From assembly GCF_000300075.1 (NCBI RefSeq), contig NC_018677.1:180001-212000 (forward strand): a DNA stretch of 32,000 bases. Reading direction: 5' to 3'. The notes below the pieces were generated by a model. That model was given only the letters and a program-made list of their open reading frames with translations. It did no database searches and was not told where the DNA came from. Position 1 is the first letter of the stretch, and each line of letters begins with the position of its first letter. The position numbers and the translations under genes were made by a program. Below, in pieces: positions 8,325 to 19,087 of the stretch. The DNA is from Candidatus Saccharimonadota bacterium. GTDB taxonomy: Bacteria; Pseudomonadota; Gammaproteobacteria; Johnevansiales; Johnevansiaceae.

Positions 8325-9269
8325 TTAATATGTTAGGTATGTATTTGCTCTATTTAATACTAAAAAAAGATCTTTATCAAGTTTTGTTTTAATTTGAATA
8401 AAATATCCACTTTTAAGTTCTGGAAATCGTAAGAAATAAGAATGTAAAAAAAGTCTTTTAAGCTTTAAATAAAAAGAAAACTTTTTACCAAAAATACTAC
8501 CATATTTTTCATCGCCTAATAAAGGATGACCTAAATATGCAGTATGAACTCGTATTTGATGCATTCTACCTGTAATGGGAAATACTTTTATTAATGTAAA
8601 TCCAGTAAATTTATTACAGATTTCAAAAAACGTATATGATGGTTTACCCAATTGATTAACTATATTATAGTGTACTCTATTTTGATGTAATTTATATTTC
8701 TTAATTGGCGCAGATATATATGTAAACTTTATAGGCCAAGCACCTTCAACTAACGCTAAATAACATTTTTCTACATATTTGTTTTTGAATGCGAAATTAA
8801 TAAAAAGTAAAAAATTTATAGATTTAGCTAATAACAAGCATCCAGAAGTGTTTTTATCGAGACGATGAACTAAATAAATGAAATTAAGATCTTTTCTAAT
8901 TAAAAATAAAGCGTCAATTAAACCTATATTACCAATACAACCCCCATGAACAGCAAAACCAGACGGTTTATTAACTATAAACCAATCATTAGATTCATAA
9001 GTAATTGTATTACTAAAAGAAAATCTCAAGGTTTCATTTATATTTATTTGATTTTTATTAATATATAATATAGGAATTCTAATTTTATCACCTAATTGTA
9101 ATTTATTCTTAGCTGTAACGGTTTTGTTATTAATTATTATAAATCCTTTTCTGATAAGACGATAAACTAAACTAGTTTTAATTCCTTTTAACTTTTTTTT
9201 TAAAAAATTATCTAGTCTTTGATTAAATAGAATTGATTTTATTTTTTTATATTTATTATAATTAGTCAT
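8325..9269 (-). CDS. rluC: 23S rRNA pseudouridine synthase, RluA/RluC/RluD superfamily (314 aa).
   Basis: N-terminal S4-like domain, catalytic [16 protein letters not shown], and GRMHQIRVH. The rluC assignment rests on its divergent position next to rne, as in E. coli. Confidence 0.8.
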   Translation of the reverse strand: MTNYNKYKKIKSILFNQRLDNFLKKKLKGIKTSLVYRLIRKGFIIINNKTVTAKNKLQLGDKIRIPILYINKNQININETLRFSFSNTITYESNDWFIVNKPSGFAVHGGCIGNIGLIDALFLIRKDLNFIYLVHRLDKNTSGCLLLAKSINFLLFINFAFKNKYVEKCYLALVEGAWPIKFTYISAPIKKYKLHQNRVHYNIVNQLGKPSYTFFEICNKFTGFTLIKVFPITGRMHQIRVHTAYLGHPLLGDEKYGSIFGKKFSFYLKLKRLFLHSYFLRFPELKSGYFIQIKTKLDKDLFLVLNRANTYLTY

Positions 9270-9369
9270 AGTTGATCTTTAATTGCTAAAATATTTCTTT
9301 ACTGTTAATATTTAAATACAAAAACATATTACATACTTACAACAAATAGGAGAAAAAGTAAACGTAGAA
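9270..9369. promoter_or_regulatory. Divergent promoter/leader region for rluC and rne, inferred from position only.
   Basis: This is the only non-coding DNA upstream of both divergent genes. No reliable -35/-10 can be called in sequence this AT-rich. Confidence 0.35.
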
Positions 9370-11004
9370 ATGAAAAGAATTCTTATAAATGCGAGCCAAC
9401 CAGAAGAATTAAGAGTTGCACTGGTAGATGGGCAATTATTGTATGATTTAGATATTGAATACTGTAATAAAGAACAAAGAAAATCTAATATATATCGTGC
9501 TAAAATCATAAGAATAGAACAAAGCTTAGAAGCTGTTTTTGTTGATTTTGGAGCCAAAAGACATGGTTTCTTACCTATAAAAGAAATATCTAAAGAATAT
9601 TTATTAAATGATTGTAATTCAAATATTAGAGAAATAATTAAAGAAGGTCAAGAATTAATAGTGCAAGTTGAAAAAGAAGAACGTAGCAATAAAGGTGCGG
9701 CTTTAACTACTTATATTAGTTTAGCAGGTAGATTTTTAGTTTTAATGCCGAATAATTATAGATCAGGAGGGATTTCTAGACGGATTACAGGTACTGATAG
9801 ATTTAAATTAAAAGAAGCTATAAAGAAATTATTTATACCTAAGAATATGGGAATAATAGTTAGAACCGCAGGGATTGGCCGTTCAAGTAAAGATTTACAA
9901 TGTGATTTAAATTATTTAATTCAAATATGGGAAGCAATTACAGAAGAAGCAAATAAAAGATCGGCTCCATTCTTAATATATAGAGAATCTAACGTTATTA
10001 TTCGTGCAATGCGTGATTATTTAAGACAAGATATAGGTGAAGTTTTAATAGATAGTGTATACATTTATAATGATGCTCTAAATTTTATTAAACAAGTTAT
10101 GCCTACTTATCAAAAAAAAATAAAACTTTATAAAGATGAACTTCCTCTTTTTACTAAATTTAAAATAGAATCTCAAATTGCAACTGCTTATCAACGAGAG
10201 GTTAAATTGCCTTCAGGTGGATCAATATTTATAGATTCTACAGAAGCTTTAGTATCTGTTGATATAAATTCGGCGCGTGCTACTAGAGGTGATGATATAG
10301 AAGAAACAGCTTTACATACAAATTTAGAAGCAGCTGATGAAATTGGTAGACAGTTAAGATTACGTGATATTGGTGGCTTAGTAGTAATTGATTTCATAGA
10401 TATGGCGTTAACAAGAAACCAAAGAGAAGTAGAAAATAGAATTCGTACAGCGTTTAAAGTTGATCGTGCACGCATTCAATTATGTCGTATTTCAAGATTT
10501 GGCTTAATGGAAATGTCACGACAACGCATTCGTCCATCTTTACGGGAAAACAGTGGTATAGTATGTCCAAGATGTAATGGACAAGGCACAATACGTGAGG
10601 TTAGTTCTTTGTCTCTTTCTATATTACGTTTGATTGAAGAAGAAGCTATGAAGGATAATAGTTCTAAAATAAGAGCGGTATTGCCAGTGGCAATAGCAAC
10701 TTATCTATTAAATGAAAAAAGAAACATTATAGTGAAGATAGAAGTAAGACAAAATGTAAAAATTATTATTATTCCAGAACAGGACATGGAAAGTCCTCAT
10801 TATGCAGTAGAAAGATTACGTTATGATCAAATATTTGGAGAAAAATATAGTAATAAAAAGAATCTTTTAAGTAAAAAAACCACTTATATGGAAAAAAAAA
10901 TACGTACAGAAAAAGCAGCTGTTAGTATTGTAAATCATAGTACTGTTACATACAACAATTTTATAACACGTATCTGGAAAACATTAATAGAGAAATTATA
11001 TTAA
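9370..11004 (+). CDS. rne: Ribonuclease E, catalytic N-terminal half only (544 aa).
   Basis: [30 protein letters not shown] parallels the E. coli RNase E N-terminus. It has an S1 domain and the [10 protein letters not shown] Zn-link motif. No degradosome scaffold region is present. Confidence 0.92.
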   Translation: MKRILINASQPEELRVALVDGQLLYDLDIEYCNKEQRKSNIYRAKIIRIEQSLEAVFVDFGAKRHGFLPIKEISKEYLLNDCNSNIREIIKEGQELIVQVEKEERSNKGAALTTYISLAGRFLVLMPNNYRSGGISRRITGTDRFKLKEAIKKLFIPKNMGIIVRTAGIGRSSKDLQCDLNYLIQIWEAITEEANKRSAPFLIYRESNVIIRAMRDYLRQDIGEVLIDSVYIYNDALNFIKQVMPTYQKKIKLYKDELPLFTKFKIESQIATAYQREVKLPSGGSIFIDSTEALVSVDINSARATRGDDIEETALHTNLEAADEIGRQLRLRDIGGLVVIDFIDMALTRNQREVENRIRTAFKVDRARIQLCRISRFGLMEMSRQRIRPSLRENSGIVCPRCNGQGTIREVSSLSLSILRLIEEEAMKDNSSKIRAVLPVAIATYLLNEKRNIIVKIEVRQNVKIIIIPEQDMESPHYAVERLRYDQIFGEKYSNKKNLLSKKTTYMEKKIRTEKAAVSIVNHSTVTYNNFITRIWKTLIEKLY

Positions 11005-11010
11005 CTTATA

Positions 11011-12633
11011 TTATATTTTAGGTTTTATTTGTTGAATTCCTTGATAAGTTCTAGGGGGGGTTGTTCCTATATGCATTTTATTAACTTTGTCTATAATAAT
11101 TTTATCTGCAATTGTTATTCTACTTAACATTCTTAAATATTGTAACCAATTACGTATTAGAAATATTTCTTGCCATATTTCTTTATCTTCAACATTCCGA
11201 TATAATGACCATGATTTTGCGCCATTACGTAACCTAACAGTTCTTAATTTTATTATAAGATCAATAAAATCATTAGTATTACTAACAGGAATACAATATT
11301 CAATAGATACTATTATTGATTCTTTATATTTAGAAAACTCTAATTTGTATTTAGGCTGTATCTGATGCATTATACTATGATGTTTATCATCTATTTTTGG
11401 CAATTTTAAGTTTAATAAAGCTATAGTAGTTAGTAATAATAATAAACCTGCTAATAACAATCCCAATCTGACCTTTATAATACCTGCTATATGCCCCCAA
11501 CCAAAAGAACCTATTGCTAAACCTGCATACAACGTAGTTTGATATAGTGCTAACGCTCTAGCTTTGACCCAATCAGGCACTAACATTTGAACTGATGAAT
11601 TATAACTTGCTAATACTGTAATCCAACAACTCCCTCCTATCATTAGTGCTCCAAAAATTAATAATTTAATATTTAAACTTCCAATTAATAACATTACTAT
11701 ACTTAATAAAATAGAAGCCGAACTAATCATTATGTTTGTATCTACTAACTGGCATAATTTATTTACTATTGCACTACCCACAATCGCACCTGTACCCAAT
11801 GCTCCTAACATATAACCATATATTGAAGCTTTAGTATTAGCAAAGACTGGAAGCAATGCCCATAATGCACTGGCTGAAAGACCAAAAACAAATGATCTTA
11901 ACATTACCGATCTCATTACCTTAGAATATTTAGCAAATTTTAATGCTGAAATTACTCCTTCATAGATATGTTCTGGTGGTAAAATTCTTTTAGGATAAAT
12001 TTGCTTCCATTGCCAAACTGCCCAAATTAAACCTAAATAACATAAACAATTAAGTAAAAAAACCCAAGCAGTACCAACTGTGTTTATAAGAATTCCACCA
12101 ATTACTGGACCTAACGCTCTTGCAAAATTATAATTTACACTGTTTAAAATTACAGCATTTGTTACTTGATTTTTAGAAACTTGTTCATTAATTGCTGCCT
12201 GCCATGCTGGTACAGCTAAAGAAGCACCTATTGACATTCCTAAAATAGATAATATTAATTTTGTAGAAGTTAAAAATCCAAAAAAATCCAAAGATGTTAT
12301 TAAAGCTCCACCAGTAAACTCCAAAACCATTCCAAGTAACATAAGTTTACGTCTATCATAATTATCAGCCCAAACACCAGAAATAATCGATAATAATACT
12401 AAAGGTAATGCCGTCACTACTTGTATCATTGCTAAAGTTATAGAGCTTGCATGAGATTCAGTTAAAATCCAAACAGAAGCTACAGATTGTGCCCAAGTAC
12501 CTAAATTAGCAATTAAATCTGCAAACCATATAATTCTAAAAGGTTTAAATGTTAATGGGGTAAACAAACTATTTTTTTTATTTGGTAAATTATTTTTTTG
12601 GGAATTTAAAGAGTGTTTAGTAGAGATAAGCAT
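11011..12633 (-). CDS. MFS transporter (about 12 TM helices) with a soluble C-terminal domain of about 110 aa (540 aa in total).
   Basis: There is hydrophobic helix periodicity through about residue 415. The topology and tail resemble the MFS_3 (enterobactin-exporter-like / transmembrane secretion effector) family. The substrate is unknown. Confidence 0.75.
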   Translation of the reverse strand: MLISTKHSLNSQKNNLPNKKNSLFTPLTFKPFRIIWFADLIANLGTWAQSVASVWILTESHASSITLAMIQVVTALPLVLLSIISGVWADNYDRRKLMLLGMVLEFTGGALITSLDFFGFLTSTKLILSILGMSIGASLAVPAWQAAINEQVSKNQVTNAVILNSVNYNFARALGPVIGGILINTVGTAWVFLLNCLCYLGLIWAVWQWKQIYPKRILPPEHIYEGVISALKFAKYSKVMRSVMLRSFVFGLSASALWALLPVFANTKASIYGYMLGALGTGAIVGSAIVNKLCQLVDTNIMISSASILLSIVMLLIGSLNIKLLIFGALMIGGSCWITVLASYNSSVQMLVPDWVKARALALYQTTLYAGLAIGSFGWGHIAGIIKVRLGLLLAGLLLLLTTIALLNLKLPKIDDKHHSIMHQIQPKYKLEFSKYKESIIVSIEYCIPVSNTNDFIDLIIKLRTVRLRNGAKSWSLYRNVEDKEIWQEIFLIRNWLQYLRMLSRITIADKIIIDKVNKMHIGTTPPRTYQGIQQIKPKI

Positions 12634-12641
12634 ATTAATTG

Positions 12642-13742
12642 CTACCTATTCAAAACTAACTTTATTTTTTTTGGTAAATAATCTATTAAAGTACATAAGA
12701 ATTTTTCATTGATATTATTTATTATGTGACCTTTACCGATTCTGTTTAATAATATTAATCTTGTTTTTTCATATAAATTTTTTTTGTCTAATTTAATTAA
12801 CTTAATAAAGTTTGTTGATGTCATTCCTACAGGAACATATATAGGAAGCTTAGCTTTTAATAATAAATTATAAATTCTATATAAAACACTTGCTTTTAGC
12901 CTACCTATTTCTATAGAAACTTTAGTTGCAATCATTATACCGACTGATATAGCTTCTCCATGCAGCCAATTACCATATCCTTTATATTGTTCAATAGCAT
13001 GACCAAATGTGTGTCCTAAATTTAGCAAAGCTCTTATATTTTTTTCTTTTTCATCCTTTATAAAAAACTTACATTTTATAATACAACTTTTTAAAATAGA
13101 AAATTGCAATATTGTTTTATTTAAAGTTACTAATTTTTTTATATTTGTTTCTAACCACTTAAAAAAAATATAATCACATATTAAACTATATTTTATAATT
13201 TCTGAAATACCTGAAGATGTTTCTCTATTGTTTAAAGTATTTATTAAATCTGCATCTATAATTACTGCTTTTGGTTGGTAAAAAGACCCTATCATATTTT
13301 TGACTTTTTCATGATTTACACCTGTTTTTCCTCCTAGTGAAGAATCAACTTGAGATAATAAAGTAGTTGGTATATGTATAATAGAAATACCTCTTTGATA
13401 ACAAGATGCAGTAAATCCTGAAATATCTCCTATCACTCCACCTCCAAGTGCAATCACTGTGCTAGTACGATTTAAACCATAGTATATAAGCAAATCCCAT
13501 ATATGCTTAACTGATGCAATATTTTTTTGTTGTTCTCCATCCGGCAATATAACTACTTTTACATTATATAAAAGTAATTTTTTTTTTAAAATATCTAAAT
13601 ATAATGATGCTATTTTTTTGTTTGTTATAATTATTATTTGTTTGCCAAAAATATAAGGTATATACACACCTTTTTTTAATAAACCTGATCCAATATAGAT
13701 TGGATATTTACTATTTAAAAGATTTATTTTAATGATTTTCAA
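12642..13742 (-). CDS. aroB: 3-dehydroquinate synthase (366 aa).
   Basis: GGGVIGDISGF and LNLGHTFGHAIE motifs. It lies downstream of aroK, as in the gammaproteobacterial aroK-aroB operon. Confidence 0.93.
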   Translation of the reverse strand: MKIIKINLLNSKYPIYIGSGLLKKGVYIPYIFGKQIIIITNKKIASLYLDILKKKLLLYNVKVVILPDGEQQKNIASVKHIWDLLIYYGLNRTSTVIALGGGVIGDISGFTASCYQRGISIIHIPTTLLSQVDSSLGGKTGVNHEKVKNMIGSFYQPKAVIIDADLINTLNNRETSSGISEIIKYSLICDYIFFKWLETNIKKLVTLNKTILQFSILKSCIIKCKFFIKDEKEKNIRALLNLGHTFGHAIEQYKGYGNWLHGEAISVGIMIATKVSIEIGRLKASVLYRIYNLLLKAKLPIYVPVGMTSTNFIKLIKLDKKNLYEKTRLILLNRIGKGHIINNINEKFLCTLIDYLPKKIKLVLNR

Positions 13743-14250
13743 AAAAAACTATCCTTTTTTTTATTTCTTTGATAATTAAATCTAGTTTGTTTTCAGTGTT
13801 AATAATTATATCAGCTAAGTAATGGTAAATACGTTCACGATTTTTAAAAATGTTATATATAGATTTATTAACTTTGTTCCGTTTCAATAAAGGACGATCA
13901 GTAGTATTATCTAAACGGTTTATTTGATTTGAAATTGAAGTATACAAATAAATAATTATACATTTGTTTCTCAATAAAGGTATATTTTTACTATTCATTA
14001 TACTACCGCCACCTGTAGAAAGTACTATTCCATTTTTTTTTACCAAATCTTTTATTATTTTATGTTCTCTTTTACGAAAACTACTTTCTCCTTCTAATAA
14101 AAAAACTTCATAAATTTTACACCCACAAAAGTTTTCTATTTCCTTGTCTATATCATAAAACTTACAATTTAATTTCTTAGATAAAAGTTTTCCAATAGTG
14201 CTTTTTCCTGTTCCCATCGGACCTGTCAAAACAACATTAGATAATAACAT
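13729..14250 (-). CDS. aroK: Shikimate kinase (173 aa).
   Basis: Walker A GPMGTGKST followed by LSKKLNCKFYDID. It overlaps aroB by 14 nt and rpmE by 1 nt (TAATG). Confidence 0.92.
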   Translation of the reverse strand: MLLSNVVLTGPMGTGKSTIGKLLSKKLNCKFYDIDKEIENFCGCKIYEVFLLEGESSFRKREHKIIKDLVKKNGIVLSTGGGSIMNSKNIPLLRNKCIIIYLYTSISNQINRLDNTTDRPLLKRNKVNKSIYNIFKNRERIYHYLADIIINTENKLDLIIKEIKKRIVFFENH

Positions 14251-14453
14251 TATTTTTTACCAAACTGTTTATTAAATCTGTCAATTCTATTGCCTATATT
14301 AAGTTGTTTTTGTTTGCCACAATAAACTGGATGACAATGTGAGCAAATCTCAACAAATAAATTTTTCTTTAAAGTCGATTTGATATTAAACAAATTACCA
14401 CAAGAACATTTTATAATAACATTCTTATATTTAGGATGAATATTTTTTTTCAT
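14250..14453 (-). CDS. rpmE: 50S ribosomal protein L31 (67 aa).
   Basis: MKKNIHPKY N-terminus and the C-x-C ... C-x-x-H pattern typical of L31. Confidence 0.92.
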   Translation of the reverse strand: MKKNIHPKYKNVIIKCSCGNLFNIKSTLKKNLFVEICSHCHPVYCGKQKQLNIGNRIDRFNKQFGKK

Positions 14454-14563
14454 AAAATTTTATTGATAATACAGTAAATATATATTTTTTTTTTATTTAA
14501 TAGTAAAATATAAATTATAAATAAGCAATTAATACTAAAAAATAAATTAATAGAGTTATATAA
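14454..14563. promoter_or_regulatory. Divergent promoter region for rpmE-aroK-aroB and hslVU, inferred from position only.
   Basis: A 110 bp gap between divergent starts. No sigma-32-type CTTGAAA/CCCCAT consensus is visible. Confidence 0.35.
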
Positions 14564-15088
14564 ATGACTACCATCGTGTCTGTAAGACGAAATAATAAAG
14601 TTGCTATAGCTGGAGATGGCCAAGTTACACTTGGTAACACAGTAGTAAAAAGTAATGCTTCTAAAGTTCGAAAAGTTTATAAAGGTCAAGTCTTATCTGG
14701 TTTTGCTGGAAGTACAGCAGATGCTTTTACTTTATTTGAACTATTTGAAGCACAACTTGAAAAATATCAAGGCAATTTAATTAAAGCTTCCGTAGAATTA
14801 GCAAAAGAATGGAGAAATGATAGAATTTTACGTAGATTAGAAGCTATGTTGGCAGTCGCTGATAAAAATATATCTTTAATAATTACTGGAATTGGGGATA
14901 TTTTAGAACCTGAAAATGGTATAATCACTATTGGATCTGGCGGAAATTATGCTAAAGCTGTTGCTATGGCACTGTTAGAAAACACAAACATATCAGCTTT
15001 TGATATAGTAAAAAAAAGTATTACTATTGCTGCGGAAATATGTGTTTTTACAAATAAAAATATTTCTATAGAATTATTAGATTATTAA
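14564..15088 (+). CDS. hslV: ATP-dependent protease subunit HslV (174 aa).
   Basis: MTTIVSVRR has the N-terminal catalytic Thr after Met removal. There is proteasome-beta-like sequence throughout, followed by hslU. Confidence 0.95.
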   Translation: MTTIVSVRRNNKVAIAGDGQVTLGNTVVKSNASKVRKVYKGQVLSGFAGSTADAFTLFELFEAQLEKYQGNLIKASVELAKEWRNDRILRRLEAMLAVADKNISLIITGIGDILEPENGIITIGSGGNYAKAVAMALLENTNISAFDIVKKSITIAAEICVFTNKNISIELLDY

Positions 15089-15108
15089 AAATAATGGTAG
15101 GTTAAATT

Positions 15109-16410
15109 ATGACTCCAAAAAAAATAGTAGAAGAATTAAATAAATATATTATTGGACAAGAAAAAGCAAAAAAAGCTGTTGCTATTGCATTAAGAAATAG
15201 ATGGAGACGAATGCAGTTAGATTATAAGTTACGTTCCGAAATAACACCAAAAAATATTTTAATGATTGGTCCTACAGGGGTAGGAAAAACAGAAATTGCT
15301 AGAAGATTAGCCAAAATGGCAAAAGCACCATTTATTAAAGTTGAAGCTACAAAATTTACAGAAGTAGGATATGTTGGTCGGGATGTAGAATCAATAATAC
15401 GTGATCTAATAGAAATTTCTATAAAATTAGTAAAAGAAAAAGCAAATAAACAAATAAAAACTAAAGCAAAATATGCAGTAGAAGAAAGAATAATAGATGC
15501 GATTTTATCATCAAAAAACAAAGAAAATGATAATATTGAAAACCGTAAATTAATTATAAATAAATTACGCAATGGTGAATTAGAAAATAAAGAAATCGAT
15601 ATAAAACTTACTCAAAAAGTATCAGGAATTGATATTATGACACCTCCTGGAATGGAGGAAATGGCTAATCAATTACAAAGTATATTTTCTAACATTAATA
15701 AACAAACTCGTGAAAATCGAAAAATTACAATTGTAGAAGCAAGAAAATTATTAATGGAAGAAGAGTCAGCAAAGCTAATAAGTGATGAAACTATTAAAAA
15801 AAGTGCTATTGAAGCAGTTGAACAAAATGGTATAGTTTTTATTGACGAAATTGATAAAATTGTTAGACGAAGTGGGGATAATAATGGAACTGAAATCTCT
15901 AGAGAAGGCGTACAACGAGATTTACTACCTTTAATTGAGGGTTCATCAGTGTCAACAAGATATGGTATGATAAAAACCGATCATATACTTTTTATAGCAT
16001 CTGGGGCTTTTCATTTATCAAAACCATCAGATTTAATTCCTGAACTACAAGGTAGATTACCTATACATGTTGAACTTTCTGCATTATCACCAAAAGATTT
16101 TGAAAGAATACTAACAGAACCATCATCTGCGTTAACCAGACAATATCAAGCATTGCTTAAGACTGAAGGAATTACTCTTGAATTTACTAAAGAAGGTATA
16201 CAACGTATTGCAGAAATCGCATATTCATTTAATGAAAGTACCGAAAATATTGGCGCCCGTAGATTACACACCGTCATGGAATTGCTATTAGAAACACCCA
16301 TGTATAAAGGCAATGAAATAGATCACAAAATAATAGTTACTAAAGAATATGTGGATAAAATTATGGAAAAAATAGCCCTGAAAGAAGATTATACAAAATA
16401 TATACTATAA
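15109..16410 (+). CDS. hslU: ATP-dependent protease ATPase subunit HslU (433 aa).
   Basis: [17 protein letters not shown], Walker [17 protein letters not shown], and Walker B FIDEIDKI. Confidence 0.95.
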   Translation: MTPKKIVEELNKYIIGQEKAKKAVAIALRNRWRRMQLDYKLRSEITPKNILMIGPTGVGKTEIARRLAKMAKAPFIKVEATKFTEVGYVGRDVESIIRDLIEISIKLVKEKANKQIKTKAKYAVEERIIDAILSSKNKENDNIENRKLIINKLRNGELENKEIDIKLTQKVSGIDIMTPPGMEEMANQLQSIFSNINKQTRENRKITIVEARKLLMEEESAKLISDETIKKSAIEAVEQNGIVFIDEIDKIVRRSGDNNGTEISREGVQRDLLPLIEGSSVSTRYGMIKTDHILFIASGAFHLSKPSDLIPELQGRLPIHVELSALSPKDFERILTEPSSALTRQYQALLKTEGITLEFTKEGIQRIAEIAYSFNESTENIGARRLHTVMELLLETPMYKGNEIDHKIIVTKEYVDKIMEKIALKEDYTKYIL

Positions 16411-16445
16411 AAACAACTATAAATAGAAAAGGAATAACAAAAAGT

Positions 16446-16793
16446 ATGGATAAAAAAATAGAGAGTTTGTTTATTATATTACAAAATCGTAAACAATCAG
16501 ATCACAAAACTTCTTATTTAAGTGGGTTGTATAACAAAGACTTAATAAAAACGTTAAATAAAATAAAAGAAGAAATAAATGAGTTAATTGTAACTATAAA
16601 AAAGTTTAAAGATAACAAATATAAAGAAAAATATTTACGTTATGAAATAATAAAAGAAACCGCAGATGTTTGGTTACATAGTTTAATTTGTATTTCTTTT
16701 TTAGATATTTGTAATACAGAAATTGTAGAAGAATTATATAAACGGTTAAATATTTCTGGTTTAAAAGAAAAAACAAATCGAGTAAACAATTAG
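16446..16793 (+). CDS. hisE: Phosphoribosyl-ATP pyrophosphatase (HisE, MazG-like fold; 115 aa).
   Basis: Pattern L..I...R......SY...L followed by E.AD..H.L and a C-terminal EEL.KR...SGL.EK, as in monofunctional HisE. Confidence 0.78.
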   Translation: MDKKIESLFIILQNRKQSDHKTSYLSGLYNKDLIKTLNKIKEEINELIVTIKKFKDNKYKEKYLRYEIIKETADVWLHSLICISFLDICNTEIVEELYKRLNISGLKEKTNRVNN

Positions 16794-19087
16794 TTTTTAT
16801 TTAAATAAATTCTTAATTTATAAGCTGCTTTTACCATGTTTTTTAAGGAATAATCTACCTCATCCCATTTTCTAGTTTTTAAACCACAATCAGGGTTTAT
16901 CCAGATCCTATCTATAGAAATACTTTTAGCTGCTTTTTTTATTAAATAAATCATATAGTTAACACTTGGTATATTAGTTGTATGTATATCATATATACCT
17001 GGACCTATCTCATTTTTATACTCAAAAGCTTTAAAAGCCTTTAATAAAGCCATATTTGATCTAGCGGTTTCAATAGTGATGACATCTGCATCCATTTCAG
17101 AAATATATGCAATAATATCATTAAATTGAGAATAACACATATGTGTGTGAATTTGTGTTTCATCGCTTACTATAGAAGATGCAATTTTAAAACACGATAT
17201 AGCCCAATTTAAATAATATTTATAATCTTTTTTCTTTAACGGCAAACCTTCACGTAAAGCAGGTTCATCTATTTGAATCGCTTTTATACCTGATTGTTCT
17301 AAATCTTTTACTTCATCACGTAAAGCCAAAGCTATTTGTTTACAGGTTGTTTCTTTAGGTTGATCATCTCTCTCAAAAGACCATTGTAAAATGGTAACTG
17401 GACCTGTTAACATACCTTTAACGGGTTTAAAACTGTTGTTTTGTGCATATTTTATCCATCTTACAGTAATTGGCTTATTGCGTTTAATATCTCCATAGAT
17501 AATTGGTGGTTTAACACACCGTGAGCCATAACTCTGTACCCAACCGTTAGTGGTAAACACAAAACCATTAAGGTTTTCACCAAAATATTCAACCATATCA
17601 TTTCTTTCTGGTTCACCGTGTACAAACATATCAAGATCATAAAAATTTTGTTTAGCTGTTATAAATAATATTTGATAACGCATTATCTGTTCATAGGCTT
17701 CAATGTTTATTTTTCCTAGTTTTAAAGTCCTTCTAGCAAGCCTTATTGTATTTGTTTGAGGAAATGAGCCTATGGTCGTTGTTGGAAATAAAGGTAGTTT
17801 AATTTGTTTTTGTTGTATTTTTTTACGAGTATAGTATGAATGATTACGTTGTAAATAATTGTTTGTTAGTTGTTTAATACGTTCTTTAACTGAATGAGAA
17901 CTTACAATGTTGCACAATTTTCTTGACTCTATTGCCTTTGTATTATCCTGTATATATTTTATTTCATTTTCACCAACACTATAACTAGTTAAAAGTTTAG
18001 ACAAGATAACTATTTCATCTAATTTTTGTCTTGCAAATGATAACCAGTTTAAAATTGTTCTATTTAGTTTTTTTTCTTTACTTAAAGAAATTGGTATGTG
18101 CATTAAAGAACAACTAGATGAGATCCACATTCTTGTTTTTATAATATTGTTTATTTTTGTTGCTTTATTTAAAATATCTTTTAAATTTGATTTCCAAATA
18201 TTTCTACCATTTATTATTCCAATAGATAATAATTTATCAGTAGGAAACTTGTTTAAAATTAATTCTAAATCGTTCTTAGGTGTTCTAATTATATCAATAT
18301 GTATATTGTGAATAGGCAAAGATAAAACCAGATCTATATTCTTACCTAAACCTCCAAAATAAGTAGCTATCATTATCTTTAGTTTTTTTATTGTTTTTGA
18401 TAATTTTTTATAAGCTATTTCAAATGAATCCTTCCATAGTTTTGGAAGCTCTACTACTAAAACAGGTTCATCAATTTGTACCCACTCAACATTTTGTTTT
18501 TCTAGTTTTTTTAAAATCTTAGAATATATATTTATTAATGATGGTAAAAAATTTAGTTTATTAATATATGATTTTGCTAACCATAAATATGTTATAGGAC
18601 CCATCAATACTACTTTAGGATTTAAACCTAACTTTTGACAGTCTTTAACCTCATTAAAAATTGTATGATTTGATATAAAAAATTTATTATGTATTTCTAA
18701 TTCAGGTACAATGTAGTGATAATTTGTATCAAAATATTTCGTCATTTCACATGCTGAAATAGGTTTTCCTTTACTTGTACAGCCTCTAGCCATTTTAAAC
18801 AATGTTGTTATATTAATCATACTATTTTCACGTATGTTAAATCTTTTAGGTATTGCCCCTATCATTGCAGTTATATTTAAAACTTGATCATAATAAGAGA
18901 AATCCCCTACATTGACATAAGACAATCCTGTTTTATATTGTGTAATCCAATTTTTTTCTCTAATTTTTTTTCCAATTTTTTCTAAAGTTTTTAAATTAAT
19001 ATCTTTTTTCCAAAATGCTTCTAAAGCTTTTTTTAATTCTCTATTATTTCCAATACGAGGATATCCTAATATATGTGTTTTTATCAT
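16790..19087 (-). CDS. metE: Cobalamin-independent methionine synthase (765 aa).
   Basis: Full two-domain length, MIKTHILGYPRIG N-terminus, and Zn-ligand regions IHTHMCYS and NPDCGLKTR. Confidence 0.95.
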   Translation of the reverse strand: MIKTHILGYPRIGNNRELKKALEAFWKKDINLKTLEKIGKKIREKNWITQYKTGLSYVNVGDFSYYDQVLNITAMIGAIPKRFNIRENSMINITTLFKMARGCTSKGKPISACEMTKYFDTNYHYIVPELEIHNKFFISNHTIFNEVKDCQKLGLNPKVVLMGPITYLWLAKSYINKLNFLPSLINIYSKILKKLEKQNVEWVQIDEPVLVVELPKLWKDSFEIAYKKLSKTIKKLKIMIATYFGGLGKNIDLVLSLPIHNIHIDIIRTPKNDLELILNKFPTDKLLSIGIINGRNIWKSNLKDILNKATKINNIIKTRMWISSSCSLMHIPISLSKEKKLNRTILNWLSFARQKLDEIVILSKLLTSYSVGENEIKYIQDNTKAIESRKLCNIVSSHSVKERIKQLTNNYLQRNHSYYTRKKIQQKQIKLPLFPTTTIGSFPQTNTIRLARRTLKLGKINIEAYEQIMRYQILFITAKQNFYDLDMFVHGEPERNDMVEYFGENLNGFVFTTNGWVQSYGSRCVKPPIIYGDIKRNKPITVRWIKYAQNNSFKPVKGMLTGPVTILQWSFERDDQPKETTCKQIALALRDEVKDLEQSGIKAIQIDEPALREGLPLKKKDYKYYLNWAISCFKIASSIVSDETQIHTHMCYSQFNDIIAYISEMDADVITIETARSNMALLKAFKAFEYKNEIGPGIYDIHTTNIPSVNYMIYLIKKAAKSISIDRIWINPDCGLKTRKWDEVDYSLKNMVKAAYKLRIYLNKN

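Noticed and set aside
14454-14563. A heat-shock (sigma-32) promoter upstream of hslVU.
   Set aside because: There is no CTTGAAA...CCCCATnT-like pair in the 110 bp gap. Any -35/-10 call in sequence this AT-rich would be unreliable.
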